Positions 32,456-41,518 of a stretch of DNA of 42,348 nucleotides are shown piece after piece. This DNA is from an uncultured bacterium (GTDB taxonomy: Bacteria; Patescibacteriota; Minisyncoccia; Phycocordibacterales; UBA918), in NCBI GenBank assembly GCA_913050645.1, contig CAJXAG010000002.1, forward strand, positions 1-42,348, read 5' to 3'. A program made the translations under genes and the position numbers. Below the pieces are notes generated by a model. The model was not told where the DNA came from. It saw only the letters and a program-made list of their open reading frames with translations, and did not search any database. Each line of letters begins with the position of its first letter. Positions within the stretch are counted from its first letter, which is position 1.

Positions 32456-32986
32456 TTACTTGAAAAGATTTGCCAAGTTCGAGCCGCTCTGTGGAACAGG
32501 CGTCATGGTGATGCCACCGGGGATTGGGTCGTAAGCACGGAAGATCTCGGCGTTCTCTGCAGCTTTCTTCAGCGCCTTGTCTCCGCCGACGAACATGCGA
32601 TGTGTCAGTTCTTCCGACGTGGGGCGAATCTCGACGTAGAGAAATTCTTTGCCGTCGTCCCGTACCTTCTTGCGGATTGTGGCTGCAGCGCGAACGACAG
32701 ATCCTGCCTTCAGCCACTTCGGATCGAAGTAGCAGTACACGTTGATGAACTTCAGATGAGCAGTTGCCCATCCGATCTGAACGTAGCTTTCTTCTGTTGC
32801 CGGGTTCTGTAGTTTCCGCTGCCGGAACGGAGGAACCTTGAAGTCGACAATGAAGATTTTGTCGGTCACATTTTCATGCGACGATTTCAGAACCTCTTGG
32901 GTGTACTCCGGGTCAAAGGTGACCGGCGGTTCGGCCGGAGTTGCCGTAGCAGCTTCGGGGTTCAGGGTGGCAAATGGGCTGGACAT
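32456..32986 (-). CDS. hypothetical protein (176 aa)
   Basis: The composition looks protein-like and the gene has its own terminator. A competing Arg-rich ORF in another frame was rejected. No motif recognised. Confidence 0.55.
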   Translation of the reverse strand: MSSPFATLNPEAATATPAEPPVTFDPEYTQEVLKSSHENVTDKIFIVDFKVPPFRQRKLQNPATEESYVQIGWATAHLKFINVYCYFDPKWLKAGSVVRAAATIRKKVRDDGKEFLYVEIRPTSEELTHRMFVGGDKALKKAAENAEIFRAYDPIPGGITMTPVPQSGSNLANLFK

Positions 32987-33064
32987 GTTATGTCTCCTCT
33001 TGTGTTGGAACTGTATTTGTGCGAAATAATACCATGGATAAGCGTAAAAGTCAATCTTTGCGTT

Positions 33065-33246
33065 GGCATCTATGCAAATTAATTTCCTGGATAGCTTCGG
33101 CAGTAGTCTCGCGAAGACGGAAAAACCTTTGGTTTTTCCTTAGACAGCAACTTCGTTGCTGTCATTGCGAGCTTCTGCGAAGCAATCCAGGTTGCTTACA
33201 ACTGCAGTATGGCTTGCTTGCTAGGTTTTAATTAGCATAGGTTCCG
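33065..33246 (+). mobile_element. MITE-like repeat, copy 1 (~180 bp with terminal inverted repeats)
   Basis: About 85 percent identical by hand alignment to the reverse complement of 39181-39363. The ends ggcatctatgcaaattaatttcc (33065-33087) and ggttttaattagcataggttcc (33225-33246) are inverted repeats of each other. Internal hairpins: ggaaaaacc ttt ggtttttcc and cagcaac ttc gttgctg. Confidence 0.65.
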
Positions 33247-33449
33247 CGTTAGGTACCGTCATAGTTATATCCCTGTATGCAGCCCTATCAGTACTTATTT
33301 TCTGAATTACTTACTTGAGGGTTTGCAATGACGGCCAAAAGCGAAGCTTTTGGCCGTACAACAAAACAGTCATGGTTTTAAGTGTACAGTGGTATACTGT
33401 TACAACTTTTGTTACTAGCCCCTAAAAGCTAACTGCTAACAACTAATTC

Positions 33450-35144
33450 ATGACGCAAGACAGAGCGCTCGATATTCTCAAAACAGGTGGCAACGTATTC
33501 CTTACTGGTGAACCGGGAGCAGGAAAGACGTATGTGATTAATAAATACATTGCGTACCTTGAAGCGTGTAAGGTGAAAGTTGCAGTGACTGCAAGCACCG
33601 GGATCGCTGCAACGCATATTGGTGGTATGACCATTCATGCATGGAGCGGTATTGGTGCACGTGATGAGCTTTCGCAGTATGACCTTGAAGCAATTACAAC
33701 AAAAGAAAAGATTGTTCGTCGGGTAAAAAAGGCACAAGTGTTGGTGATCGACGAGGTTTCGATGCTTGATGGAAAAATCATCGACATGCTCAATGTCATC
33801 TGTAGAACCATCCGACAAAGCAATGAGGCGTTTGGTGGTATCCAGGTGGTGTTTGTGGGTGACTTTTTTCAGCTTCCGCCAGTGACACGACACGGTGACA
33901 TGATGCGCTATGCGTTTGAGTCACGCGCGTGGGATGAGGCGCGCCCGATGATTTGTTACCTTACTGAGCAACACCGGCAGGAAGATGAAATGCTTCTGGG
34001 TCTGCTTGGCTCTATTCGTAAGAACGATACTGAAGAGGAGCACTTTACACTTCTGCAAGAACAGAAAGATATCGGCTACGAAGGGATTGAACCGACAAAG
34101 CTCTACACACACAATGCTGATGTGGATGCAGTGAATAACGCACGCCTTGCTGAGCTGCCTGGGAAAGCACGCGTATTTCAGATGGTTGGAAAAGGAAATA
34201 AGCTCATGCAGCAAGGTCTAGTGAAGAACTGCCTTTCTCCAGAGCGGTTGGAACTAAAGGAAGAAGCAATGGTGATGTGTACCAAGAATAACTTTGAAGC
34301 AGGGTATGTAAACGGGACACTCGCACGTGTGATTGAGTTTGATAGTGTTGATGGTTCTCCAGTGATCGAAACTACTGAAGGAAAGAAGATAAAAATGGAG
34401 GAAAGCAGCTGGTCGGTTGCAGAAGACAATAAAGTGCTTGCGGAAGTTGCGCAGATACCGTTGCGCCTAGCGTGGGCAATTACGGTACACAAAAGCCAAG
34501 GGATGTCGCTTGATGCTGCGGAGATTGATCTCTCAAAAGCGTTTGTGTTTGGGCAGGGGTACGTAGCACTTTCGCGTGTGCGGACACTTACCGGTTTAAA
34601 GATGCTCGGTATGAGTCCAACAGCACTTCGGGTGGATCCAAAAATAGTGCAGTATGATGCACGGTTTCATGAAGAAGCGGAAGACGCAGAACAGGCATTT
34701 GAAGAGCTTGGTGAAGAGGAGACAGAGCTTATGCATAAGCAGTTCATACAAGCATGTGGGGGTACGTACGTCTCAGGAGATATAGAGGCTCCAAAAAAGA
34801 AAGGATATGAGCGTGTACAGAAAGAGAGTACCTATGCGTTAACAAAAGAATCGCTCCTGAAGGGGAACACGGTGCCTGAAATAGCAAAAGAGCGGAGTAT
34901 CGGTGAGACAACAGTTTGGACGCATCTGGAAAAGTTGGTTGCGCAGGAAGATGTAACCGAAGCACAGTTCGCACCGCTTATAGAAGGTGAGGAAAATTGG
35001 GAAGAGGTCTATGGATACTTACAGGGCATAATGGACGAAGAAGGTACCGAGAAACTGAAACCAATTTTCGTGGCAGCGGAAGAACAGTACGATTACAACA
35101 CGATTCGTCTTGCGCGGATGGTGTACTCACTCCAAAACGGATAG
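33450..35144 (+). CDS. Pif1/RecD-like ATP-dependent DNA helicase with C-terminal HTH-like domain
   Basis: Walker A GEPGAGKT, Walker B LVIDEVSML, VFVGDFFQLPPV and AITVHKSQG are SF1B (AAA_30/UvrD_C) motifs. A ~130-aa C-terminal extension (ETTVWTHLEKLV) follows. Confidence 0.85.
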   Translation: MTQDRALDILKTGGNVFLTGEPGAGKTYVINKYIAYLEACKVKVAVTASTGIAATHIGGMTIHAWSGIGARDELSQYDLEAITTKEKIVRRVKKAQVLVIDEVSMLDGKIIDMLNVICRTIRQSNEAFGGIQVVFVGDFFQLPPVTRHGDMMRYAFESRAWDEARPMICYLTEQHRQEDEMLLGLLGSIRKNDTEEEHFTLLQEQKDIGYEGIEPTKLYTHNADVDAVNNARLAELPGKARVFQMVGKGNKLMQQGLVKNCLSPERLELKEEAMVMCTKNNFEAGYVNGTLARVIEFDSVDGSPVIETTEGKKIKMEESSWSVAEDNKVLAEVAQIPLRLAWAITVHKSQGMSLDAAEIDLSKAFVFGQGYVALSRVRTLTGLKMLGMSPTALRVDPKIVQYDARFHEEAEDAEQAFEELGEEETELMHKQFIQACGGTYVSGDIEAPKKKGYERVQKESTYALTKESLLKGNTVPEIAKERSIGETTVWTHLEKLVAQEDVTEAQFAPLIEGEENWEEVYGYLQGIMDEEGTEKLKPIFVAAEEQYDYNTIRLARMVYSLQNG

Positions 35145-35155
35145 TTATATGCAAA

Positions 35156-35200
35156 GCCAGATACAAAAGTGGAGGCAAGGCCTCCACTTTTGTATCTGGC
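35156..35200 (+). terminator. 21-bp perfect hairpin after the helicase gene
   Basis: gccagatacaaaagtggaggc aag gcctccacttttgtatctggc. The T-run is weak. Confidence 0.6.
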
Positions 35201-35272
35201 GGGTGTTTGTAATTGTATCTCGTGTCTTGTGTCAGGGTGGTACTATAAACACATACTAAATAAGATCTTGTT

Positions 35273-36667
35273 ATGAAAAAGCGATTACTAGCTTCAGTTT
35301 TTAGCGTGATGATATTTATTGCGCCACTGTTTGCGTCCGCACAAACAATCGATTTCTCAAGCGCACTCAAGCGCATGGATGCGATTATTGTAGAGATGAA
35401 TGCACTTCGAGTGGAATTTGCGTCCCTCGCTGCCCAGGTGGGTGTTTCTGCACCTGCACCCGCTGCGTCAGCTGGTTCAGTAGTGCTCGGTAGTGACCTA
35501 CGCTATGGTTCAACCAACGAAGACATTGCACGTGTGCAGCGTCTGCTTGCCACTGACGCAGATATTTACCCGTATGGTGTTGATTCAGGATATTATGGTC
35601 CAAAAACGCAGGAAGCAGTAAGGCGGTTTCAGTCACGGTTTGGACTTGATACAGTCGGGGTGATTGGTCCAAGCACTCGTGCACTGCTTGAGGCATTTAT
35701 GGCAGCGTATCCTGACGGAGACTATCCTAGTGATGTACTGGAAAAGACCGCACCGAAACCTACTGCAAAACCAGCTACAAGCACTACCGTTAGTACAGGT
35801 ACTGGCGAGCTGAAGTCGCTGAAGGTCAGTGAAGACGATGGTGAATACATTGTGCGCAGTTACAAGGCAAATGGCATCCGCAACCGAGATCTTATCCTCT
35901 ATGCTGATGAGTATGATGACTTAGTAGGACAGATTGCGAAGAAACTTGGTGTGAGCGAATCTGAAGTGGAGCGTCTGTTTGATGAAGACGCTGTCGACTT
36001 TGAAGAGAAGAAAAAAGATGATGATGATTACGATGAGGATGATGCGGAAGATGCAATCGATGAAGCGGACGATGCGATTGATGAAGCACGTGACGCTATC
36101 AATGAAGCTGAGGACGACGACCTGGACACTGATGAGGCTGATGACTACTTCGATGATGCCAAGGAAGAATTTGAAAAGGCTGAAGATGCACTTAATGACG
36201 AAGACTATAAAAATGCGGTAAAGAATGCAGAAGACGCAATTGAGCTTGCAGAAAAGGCACTTGATGCACTTGAAGATGCGGAAGAAGCGGGTGATGAGAT
36301 TGACGAGATTCGTGTTGAGGTCAAAGATGGTGAAGCTGACGTAGAGGTAGAGTATGAAAATGGAGATGAAGAAGACTTTACAGTCAACGATGACGATGAG
36401 GAAGATATCATTGAAGAAATTGCTGATGAACTTGATATCGACGAAGATGAGGTTGAGGATGTTATCGAGTTTGATTATGGCGATCTTGAGGAGGTATTTG
36501 CTGAGCGTGACGGCGGTCAGACACGCGTTGTGGTCACCTTTGAGTCAGGCGTTGAGGTCAAGTTGGTGTTTGATGAAGAAGATGAAGACGATGTGATTGA
36601 AGCTGTGGCTGATGAGCTTGACCTTGACGAAGACGACATTGAACGTGTCTTCGATAGTGATTTATAG
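35273..36667 (+). CDS. secreted peptidoglycan-binding (PG_binding_1) protein with hyper-acidic repeat region
   Basis: Signal peptide MKKRLLASVFSVMIFIAPLFASAQ. PG_binding_1-like GSTNEDIARVQRLL...GYYGPKTQEAVRRFQSRFGL. The C-terminal ~270 aa are about half D/E, with three copies of a ...(D/E)DxIxEIADELDxDEDEVExV... module. Confidence 0.7.
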   Translation: MKKRLLASVFSVMIFIAPLFASAQTIDFSSALKRMDAIIVEMNALRVEFASLAAQVGVSAPAPAASAGSVVLGSDLRYGSTNEDIARVQRLLATDADIYPYGVDSGYYGPKTQEAVRRFQSRFGLDTVGVIGPSTRALLEAFMAAYPDGDYPSDVLEKTAPKPTAKPATSTTVSTGTGELKSLKVSEDDGEYIVRSYKANGIRNRDLILYADEYDDLVGQIAKKLGVSESEVERLFDEDAVDFEEKKKDDDDYDEDDAEDAIDEADDAIDEARDAINEAEDDDLDTDEADDYFDDAKEEFEKAEDALNDEDYKNAVKNAEDAIELAEKALDALEDAEEAGDEIDEIRVEVKDGEADVEVEYENGDEEDFTVNDDDEEDIIEEIADELDIDEDEVEDVIEFDYGDLEEVFAERDGGQTRVVVTFESGVEVKLVFDEEDEDDVIEAVADELDLDEDDIERVFDSDL

Positions 36668-36681
36668 GAAATGACATTAAG

Positions 36682-36712
36682 AAAAGCCGATGTATTTACA
36701 TCGGCTTTTTTA
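36682..36712. terminator. bidirectional terminator
   Basis: agccgatgta tt tacatcggct flanked by aaa and tttttt, between convergent genes. Confidence 0.8.
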
Positions 36713-37045
36713 TACAGACTGAGGCATCAAAAATGCCAGACGTTCTGCTTGGTCCTCGTGTTCTTCTTCGGTGCACATTCCAAACACCTTTGAGATTTTG
36801 AAATGTTCTTCAAAAAAACTAAGGACAAGTGCGCGTGTCATTTCGTCTACGACAAGATGTTCACCATTTTTGTTCACATGTTCCGTGGTGTACTGCTCAT
36901 GAATGTTGTTCCAAGTGATACGGAAATAGACCGTTACGAGTACGTCACATTCGAATGTGAGCGTGACTCGCTCGTCCACTTCGAGTGACTTTTCGGCGCT
37001 GATTATCTTGCGATATGCGTCGGGATCGATTGGTGCATTATCCAT
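36710..37045 (-). CDS. hypothetical protein (111 aa)
   Basis: The track ORF reaches 37117 (TTG). ATG 37045 gives an ATGGATAA start/stop overlap with the upstream gene, typical of translational coupling. Confidence 0.45.
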   Translation of the reverse strand: MDNAPIDPDAYRKIISAEKSLEVDERVTLTFECDVLVTVYFRITWNNIHEQYTTEHVNKNGEHLVVDEMTRALVLSFFEEHFKISKVFGMCTEEEHEDQAERLAFLMPQSV

Positions 37046-37397
37046 GTAGCTGTCTTTCTTGGGTGTCCATCTGGATTTCACGTTCTGAAATGGCTCCATG
37101 TACCTGATCAACACCAAATTTCGTAAGCTTTTTTCTGATGAAGAGCATCATCGCGTGCGGGAAGACAAGGTCTGGTCCTCTTGGCGGGTATCTTTCTATC
37201 AAAGGAAAATAGTGTATCGGAAGAAGGACAGCATGCAGTGTTTCAGCCTCTCGTACGAGGCATACATGTGCCTTTTGCTTTTCACGATTGCCACCTTTAG
37301 GAATATCCATCCAGAAGCTTAAAAAAACACCGGGCACTCGATGTGGTTGCTTTAGTCTACGCAGGATTATGTCACCTGCCTGCTGTGTATGGTTCAT
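37038..37397 (-). CDS. hypothetical protein (119 aa)
   Basis: ATG 37397 is preceded by GGAGGT on the minus strand. No motif recognised. Confidence 0.5.
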   Translation of the reverse strand: MNHTQQAGDIILRRLKQPHRVPGVFLSFWMDIPKGGNREKQKAHVCLVREAETLHAVLLPIHYFPLIERYPPRGPDLVFPHAMMLFIRKKLTKFGVDQVHGAISEREIQMDTQERQLHG

Positions 37398-37451
37398 GTG
37401 AAGGTACCTCCTATATATCTGTATACCGTTTGATACAATAAGTCGTCAAGT

Positions 37452-37871
37452 ATGTTTCGTATTAGAAAACGTAGAAGAAAAAGAGCAAGTTCAGTTACCA
37501 AGCACTATCTTGAACATCAAGAGGCTGCACGTGCGTTGATCCATGCACGTCTTGTGCACTGGAATCAATTTTATAATTTCCAGTATAAGCGGGTTGCAAT
37601 CCGCAATCAGCGACGGTGCTGGGGGAGTTGTACGTCACTACGAAACCTCAACTTCAGTTATCGGATACTCTTTTTGCCACCACATCTGCAAGATTACATA
37701 ATTGTGCATGAGCTGTGTCACCTAGAGGAATTAAACCACGGAGAAAATTTCTGGAATTTGGTCGCACAAGAGATTCCTACGTACAAAGCGCATATACAGG
37801 AATTGCGCGCAATAGAGCAAAAAGGTATTAGTGTGTACATACGTGAAATACAACAACATAGTGGAGCGTAG
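37452..37871 (+). CDS. YgjP-like (DUF45/M48-type) metal-dependent hydrolase
   Basis: RRCWGSCTSLRNLNFSYRILFLPPHLQDYIIVHELCHLEELNH carries HExxH in the YgjP context (W.GSC......i.fn..l....p....YvvvHELcHl.e.nH). Confidence 0.75.
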   Translation: MFRIRKRRRKRASSVTKHYLEHQEAARALIHARLVHWNQFYNFQYKRVAIRNQRRCWGSCTSLRNLNFSYRILFLPPHLQDYIIVHELCHLEELNHGENFWNLVAQEIPTYKAHIQELRAIEQKGISVYIREIQQHSGA

Positions 37872-37898
37872 CAATAGATATACCAGGAAACTCAAGCT

Positions 37899-39179
37899 AT
37901 GAAATATGTATTATCACTCAGTCTTTTTATATTCATTCTTGGGGGAATCTACTTTGTGCAAAAGCATACTCAGATGAGTACTCGTATAGAAAAAGACTCT
38001 TTACTTGATCCTGCTGTAACGTTTGAAGATGTACAGCAGCAACTTGAGGATGGTGCCAAAGCAGCACCTGTGGCTGTATCTGAACCTGAGAACTTTCAGG
38101 AGACGAACGATTCTCTTATGATGACAGAGACAGCATTTGATGCAGTAACTGATACCACAGCCACCATGCTCGTGGCAGGCGGCTGTTTCTGGTGTATTGA
38201 AGCTGATCTTGAGAAGCTCTCTGGGGTGATCGAGGTAGTTTCTGGATACGCAGAAGGAAGTACTGAAAACCCAACGTACAAAAACTACATACAAGGTGGA
38301 CATCGAGAGGTGGTCGAGGTGACGTATAACCCACAGGTAGTGAGTTTTGAAGAAATTGCAATCTATACAATTAAACATATAGATCCTACTGACGCTGACG
38401 GTATGTTTGGTGACCGTGGAAATTACTATTCCTCAGCACTCTATTATGAAAACGACGCACAGCAAGCACTTATAGAAAATCTGATTACAGAAATAGACGA
38501 GTATGGTCCGTATGATGCACCACTGGCTATCGAGGTTCTTCCGCGCCCAGCGTTCTGGGCTGCAGAGGACTATCATCAAGACTATTACAAGAAAGGTATT
38601 TCAGCACTGAAGTATAAGTACTATCGAAACGGATCAGGACGGGACGACTTTATAGACACATACTGGTGTGATGATGCCGGTGCATCGCTCTCGTGGCGAG
38701 AAACGGTATCTTCTCAAACACAAGGAGATTGGAGTACTTTTAAGAAACCTTCTGATGCAGACCTTAAAGCGCAACTCACAAAGATGCAATATAAAGTCAC
38801 ACAGAAAAATGGTACCGAGCCTGCGTTTAAAAATGAATACTGGGACAATAAAGCAGACGGGATTTATGTAGATGTTGTCTCAGGTGAGCCACTTTTTTCT
38901 TCGACTCATAAGTTTGACTCCGGCACAGGATGGCCGTCGTTTACACGACCAATCGAGTTTGCATACGTAACTGAACGTGATGACTTTCTCTTATTGCAAA
39001 AACGTACAGAAATCCGTTCAGCAGTTGCCGATTCACATCTTGGGCATGTGTTCAACGATGCACCGGCTGAGCTTGGCGGGGTGCGGTACTGCATGAACTC
39101 GGCGTCGCTACGCTTTGTTGCAATGGAGGATATGCAGCAAGAGGGGTGCGGGAACTTTCTCTATCTTTTCACAGGGTAA
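37899..39179 (+). CDS. msrAB: bifunctional methionine sulfoxide reductase MsrA/MsrB with N-terminal membrane anchor
   Basis: MsrA GGCFWCIE...GYAEG and MsrB GTEPAF...[19 protein letters not shown]...GHVFNDAP...RYCMNSASL are both present. Confidence 0.92.
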   Translation: MKYVLSLSLFIFILGGIYFVQKHTQMSTRIEKDSLLDPAVTFEDVQQQLEDGAKAAPVAVSEPENFQETNDSLMMTETAFDAVTDTTATMLVAGGCFWCIEADLEKLSGVIEVVSGYAEGSTENPTYKNYIQGGHREVVEVTYNPQVVSFEEIAIYTIKHIDPTDADGMFGDRGNYYSSALYYENDAQQALIENLITEIDEYGPYDAPLAIEVLPRPAFWAAEDYHQDYYKKGISALKYKYYRNGSGRDDFIDTYWCDDAGASLSWRETVSSQTQGDWSTFKKPSDADLKAQLTKMQYKVTQKNGTEPAFKNEYWDNKADGIYVDVVSGEPLFSSTHKFDSGTGWPSFTRPIEFAYVTERDDFLLLQKRTEIRSAVADSHLGHVFNDAPAELGGVRYCMNSASLRFVAMEDMQQEGCGNFLYLFTG

Positions 39180-39180
39180 A

Positions 39181-39363
39181 CACCTATACATATACAAATT
39201 AAAACCGAGCAAAAAACCATACTTCAGTTGTACACAACCTGGATTGCTTCGCAGAAGCCCGCAATGACGGCAGCGAAGTTTCCGTCTACGGAAAAACCTT
39301 TGGTTTTTCCGTCTTCGCGAGACTGCAGTCAAGCGATCCAGGAAATTAATAGGCATAGGTGCC
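39181..39363 (-). mobile_element. MITE-like repeat, copy 2 (inverted relative to 33065-33246)
   Basis: The reverse complement aligns with copy 1 across the terminal repeats, the ggaaaaacc/ggtttttcc hairpin and gtcattgcg(a/g)gcttctgcgaagcaatccaggttg. Confidence 0.65.
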
Positions 39364-39413
39364 AAGGTAGTGTATTCGCAGTATCACACAATATCTAGTA
39401 CACTTAGTGACCA

Positions 39414-40271
39414 ATGCTGAGTAAACTATTCTTAGAAAGTAGCGATTCACTTGAAACAAAAGAGTTTTTGGCATTACTTGGGGAACTTGATGGCCAAGTG
39501 GTGACTCCTCGCTCCTTGAACAAGCATCCGAAAATAAGTACATATCTTGCAGAACAGGGTGCCTATGAGCGTCGCGTTTTCGCGCAGCAATATGAAACGA
39601 TTGTAGGGCAGATCGCACGCGAACTTCCAAGTGGTTCTATTATTGCATCAGTATATTTTAATGCAGACATGACCGCTGACGAGTTTATTGATGAAGGAAA
39701 AGAGGTGTCATGCTGGTCACCGTGCGTACACGCACAGTTGCCAGCAACACTTGCTGGTGTTGAGGCTACAAACATGCTTACACAGGCCGGTTTTCGTCTT
39801 GCGGTGAGTCAGGTCTGCACACAGCAGCAGGCAGGACTGATGCATGAAATAACCACACAGGCTCGTGAAGGTGAGGTCTATATAACACTTGATATGCAGC
39901 AATTGCGTGCTGGAGGATGCGACGGACGGTCGCTTGTGCTCAATGTGCAAAAGATGTACCGTGTTGGCAAAACCCACGTGATGATACTCATGGGTGGTGT
40001 ACAGGACATTGAAACACTCATCTGGGGTATTGAAAATGGGGTTGATGCGATTTCAGCTTTACCAGAGGTATACCGTGCATGGGTAGCACAAGGTAAACCG
40101 ATGACATTAACTGTCGAACAAGAAAAGGAGCTTGCAATAGGCGTACAAGAGTGCACGTATGAGGAGATAGATATACACCAAGAAACAAACTCCTACACAC
40201 TGTCGCACGAACTCACTGATCAGGGCATAGCGCAGATTGTATCTGATTGGAATACGTTGATTCAATTATAA
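39414..40271 (+). CDS. transaldolase/FSA-family-like protein, apparently lacking the Schiff-base lysine
   Basis: KLFLESSDSLETKEF..LDGQVVTPRSL resembles kiFlDtA..eeI......dGvTTNPsL. The block corresponding to vvKIPmT reads VHAQLPAT (Q108), and ySPFvGR reads YITLDMQ. Confidence 0.45.
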   Translation: MLSKLFLESSDSLETKEFLALLGELDGQVVTPRSLNKHPKISTYLAEQGAYERRVFAQQYETIVGQIARELPSGSIIASVYFNADMTADEFIDEGKEVSCWSPCVHAQLPATLAGVEATNMLTQAGFRLAVSQVCTQQQAGLMHEITTQAREGEVYITLDMQQLRAGGCDGRSLVLNVQKMYRVGKTHVMILMGGVQDIETLIWGIENGVDAISALPEVYRAWVAQGKPMTLTVEQEKELAIGVQECTYEEIDIHQETNSYTLSHELTDQGIAQIVSDWNTLIQL

Positions 40272-40455
40272 AATACGAACCGTTTTGGTATAGTGCCGTT
40301 TGGCGCTGTACATACTTTGAAAACTTTGCGGTACCATTCTGGTTCGACCTCGCTACACCAGGTTTCAGCTCGGTTTCTATCTCACAGCTGGCACGAATTT
40401 TCAAAAAGTATATAAGCTATTTAGCGTGGGATTAGTTCTAGTGTAGAATAACCGG

Positions 40456-41412
40456 ATGGAATGGATTCAGATTTTGCTGTGGACGATATATCTTGCTGCA
40501 GCACTTTTCGCACTTGTGCGCGGTGCAGACATGTTTGTGGTCGGCGCGAAGCAAGTCGGTGCGTCGCTCGGGATGAGTAAGTTTGCGATTGGAGTTTTGA
40601 TTGTGGGATTTGGGACCTCATTGCCAGAACTTGCATCGTCTGTTGCTGCAGCATTGGACGGTTCAACAGAGATTGTGGTTGCCAACGCAGTTGGATCAAA
40701 CATCACGAACATCTTGTTGGTGGTCGGTGTACTTGCAGCACTGGGTGGCCGTGTGGTTATCAAGCGTGATCTTATTAAAACAGAGCTCCCAATCTTTTTT
40801 ATTGCAAGCACACACTTCCTTGCAGTTGTCTGGGATGGGACGGTAGATCGACTGGAGGCAGTGCTTTTATTAGGAACGTTTTGTGCGTACATGTGGTATC
40901 TCTTTGTTGAGGCACGGACGGAGGACTCTGTTGAACTAAAGAAGTCGACAGGACGTGTAGAACGACTCGAGGCAAAATCGATTGCATTTATCCTTGTAGG
41001 TATTGCTGCGGTACTGCTCGGGGCTCACTTTACCGTGGAAAATGTTGTAAATATCGCAACGTCGATGGCGGTGCCGCTTGGCTTGGTTTCAATCGTTGCT
41101 ATTGCGCTTGGCACGTCACTTCCAGAGTTATTTGTATCACTCAATGCTCTGAAGACGGGAGAAGCTGAGCTTGCGATCGGAAATATCTTTGGATCAAATG
41201 CATTTAATATACTGATTGTGATTGGTATTCCTGCACTCATTACACCGCTTGTTGCCGATGATGTGGTAATGCAGTTAGGTGTCCCTGTGTTACTTGCAGC
41301 GTCTCTTATTTTCTTTGTTAACGGCCTTGCACGGCAGATTATGCGCTGGGAAGGGATGATGATGCTTCTTTTCTTTGGTTTCTTTCTCATCAAACTCACT
41401 AACTTCCTGTAG
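40456..41412 (+). CDS. CaCA-family cation/Ca2+ antiporter (YrbG-like)
   Basis: Two alpha-repeats, GFGTSLPELASS...GSNITNILLVVG and ALGTSLPELFVS...GSNAFNILIVIG, with about 10 TM segments. Confidence 0.88.
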   Translation: MEWIQILLWTIYLAAALFALVRGADMFVVGAKQVGASLGMSKFAIGVLIVGFGTSLPELASSVAAALDGSTEIVVANAVGSNITNILLVVGVLAALGGRVVIKRDLIKTELPIFFIASTHFLAVVWDGTVDRLEAVLLLGTFCAYMWYLFVEARTEDSVELKKSTGRVERLEAKSIAFILVGIAAVLLGAHFTVENVVNIATSMAVPLGLVSIVAIALGTSLPELFVSLNALKTGEAELAIGNIFGSNAFNILIVIGIPALITPLVADDVVMQLGVPVLLAASLIFFVNGLARQIMRWEGMMMLLFFGFFLIKLTNFL

Positions 41413-41426
41413 TGTACACATCGAGT

Positions 41427-41466
41427 AAAAAGAAAATACTCCAATCGATTGGAGTATTTTCTTTTT
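41427..41466 (+). terminator. rho-independent terminator
   Basis: A 40-nt perfect palindrome, aaaaagaaaatactccaatc|gattggagtattttcttttt. Confidence 0.8.
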
Positions 41467-41518
41467 AGCTACTGTGCTATATTTGCCATCATAATAACTT
41501 CCGTTAGAAACTACAAAT

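Noticed and set aside
32217-32771. 184-aa Arg/Ser/Cys-rich minus-strand ORF
   Set aside because: It overlaps the more protein-like 32456..32986 ORF in another frame. It also runs straight through that gene's terminator and two intergenic hairpins. The composition looks like out-of-frame translation.
35979-36596. Several 65-80-aa ORFs (Met/Lys/Arg-rich on plus, Ser-rich on minus) inside the acidic protein gene
   Set aside because: They are artefacts of the GAN/GAT-repeat coding sequence read in other frames.
40272-40455. 184-nt untranslated region upstream of the CaCA antiporter, checked for Mn2+ (yybP-ykoY) or Na+/Li+ riboswitch features
   Set aside because: I could find no GGGGAGUAG-type core and no convincing conserved helices or terminator. 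It is left unannotated.
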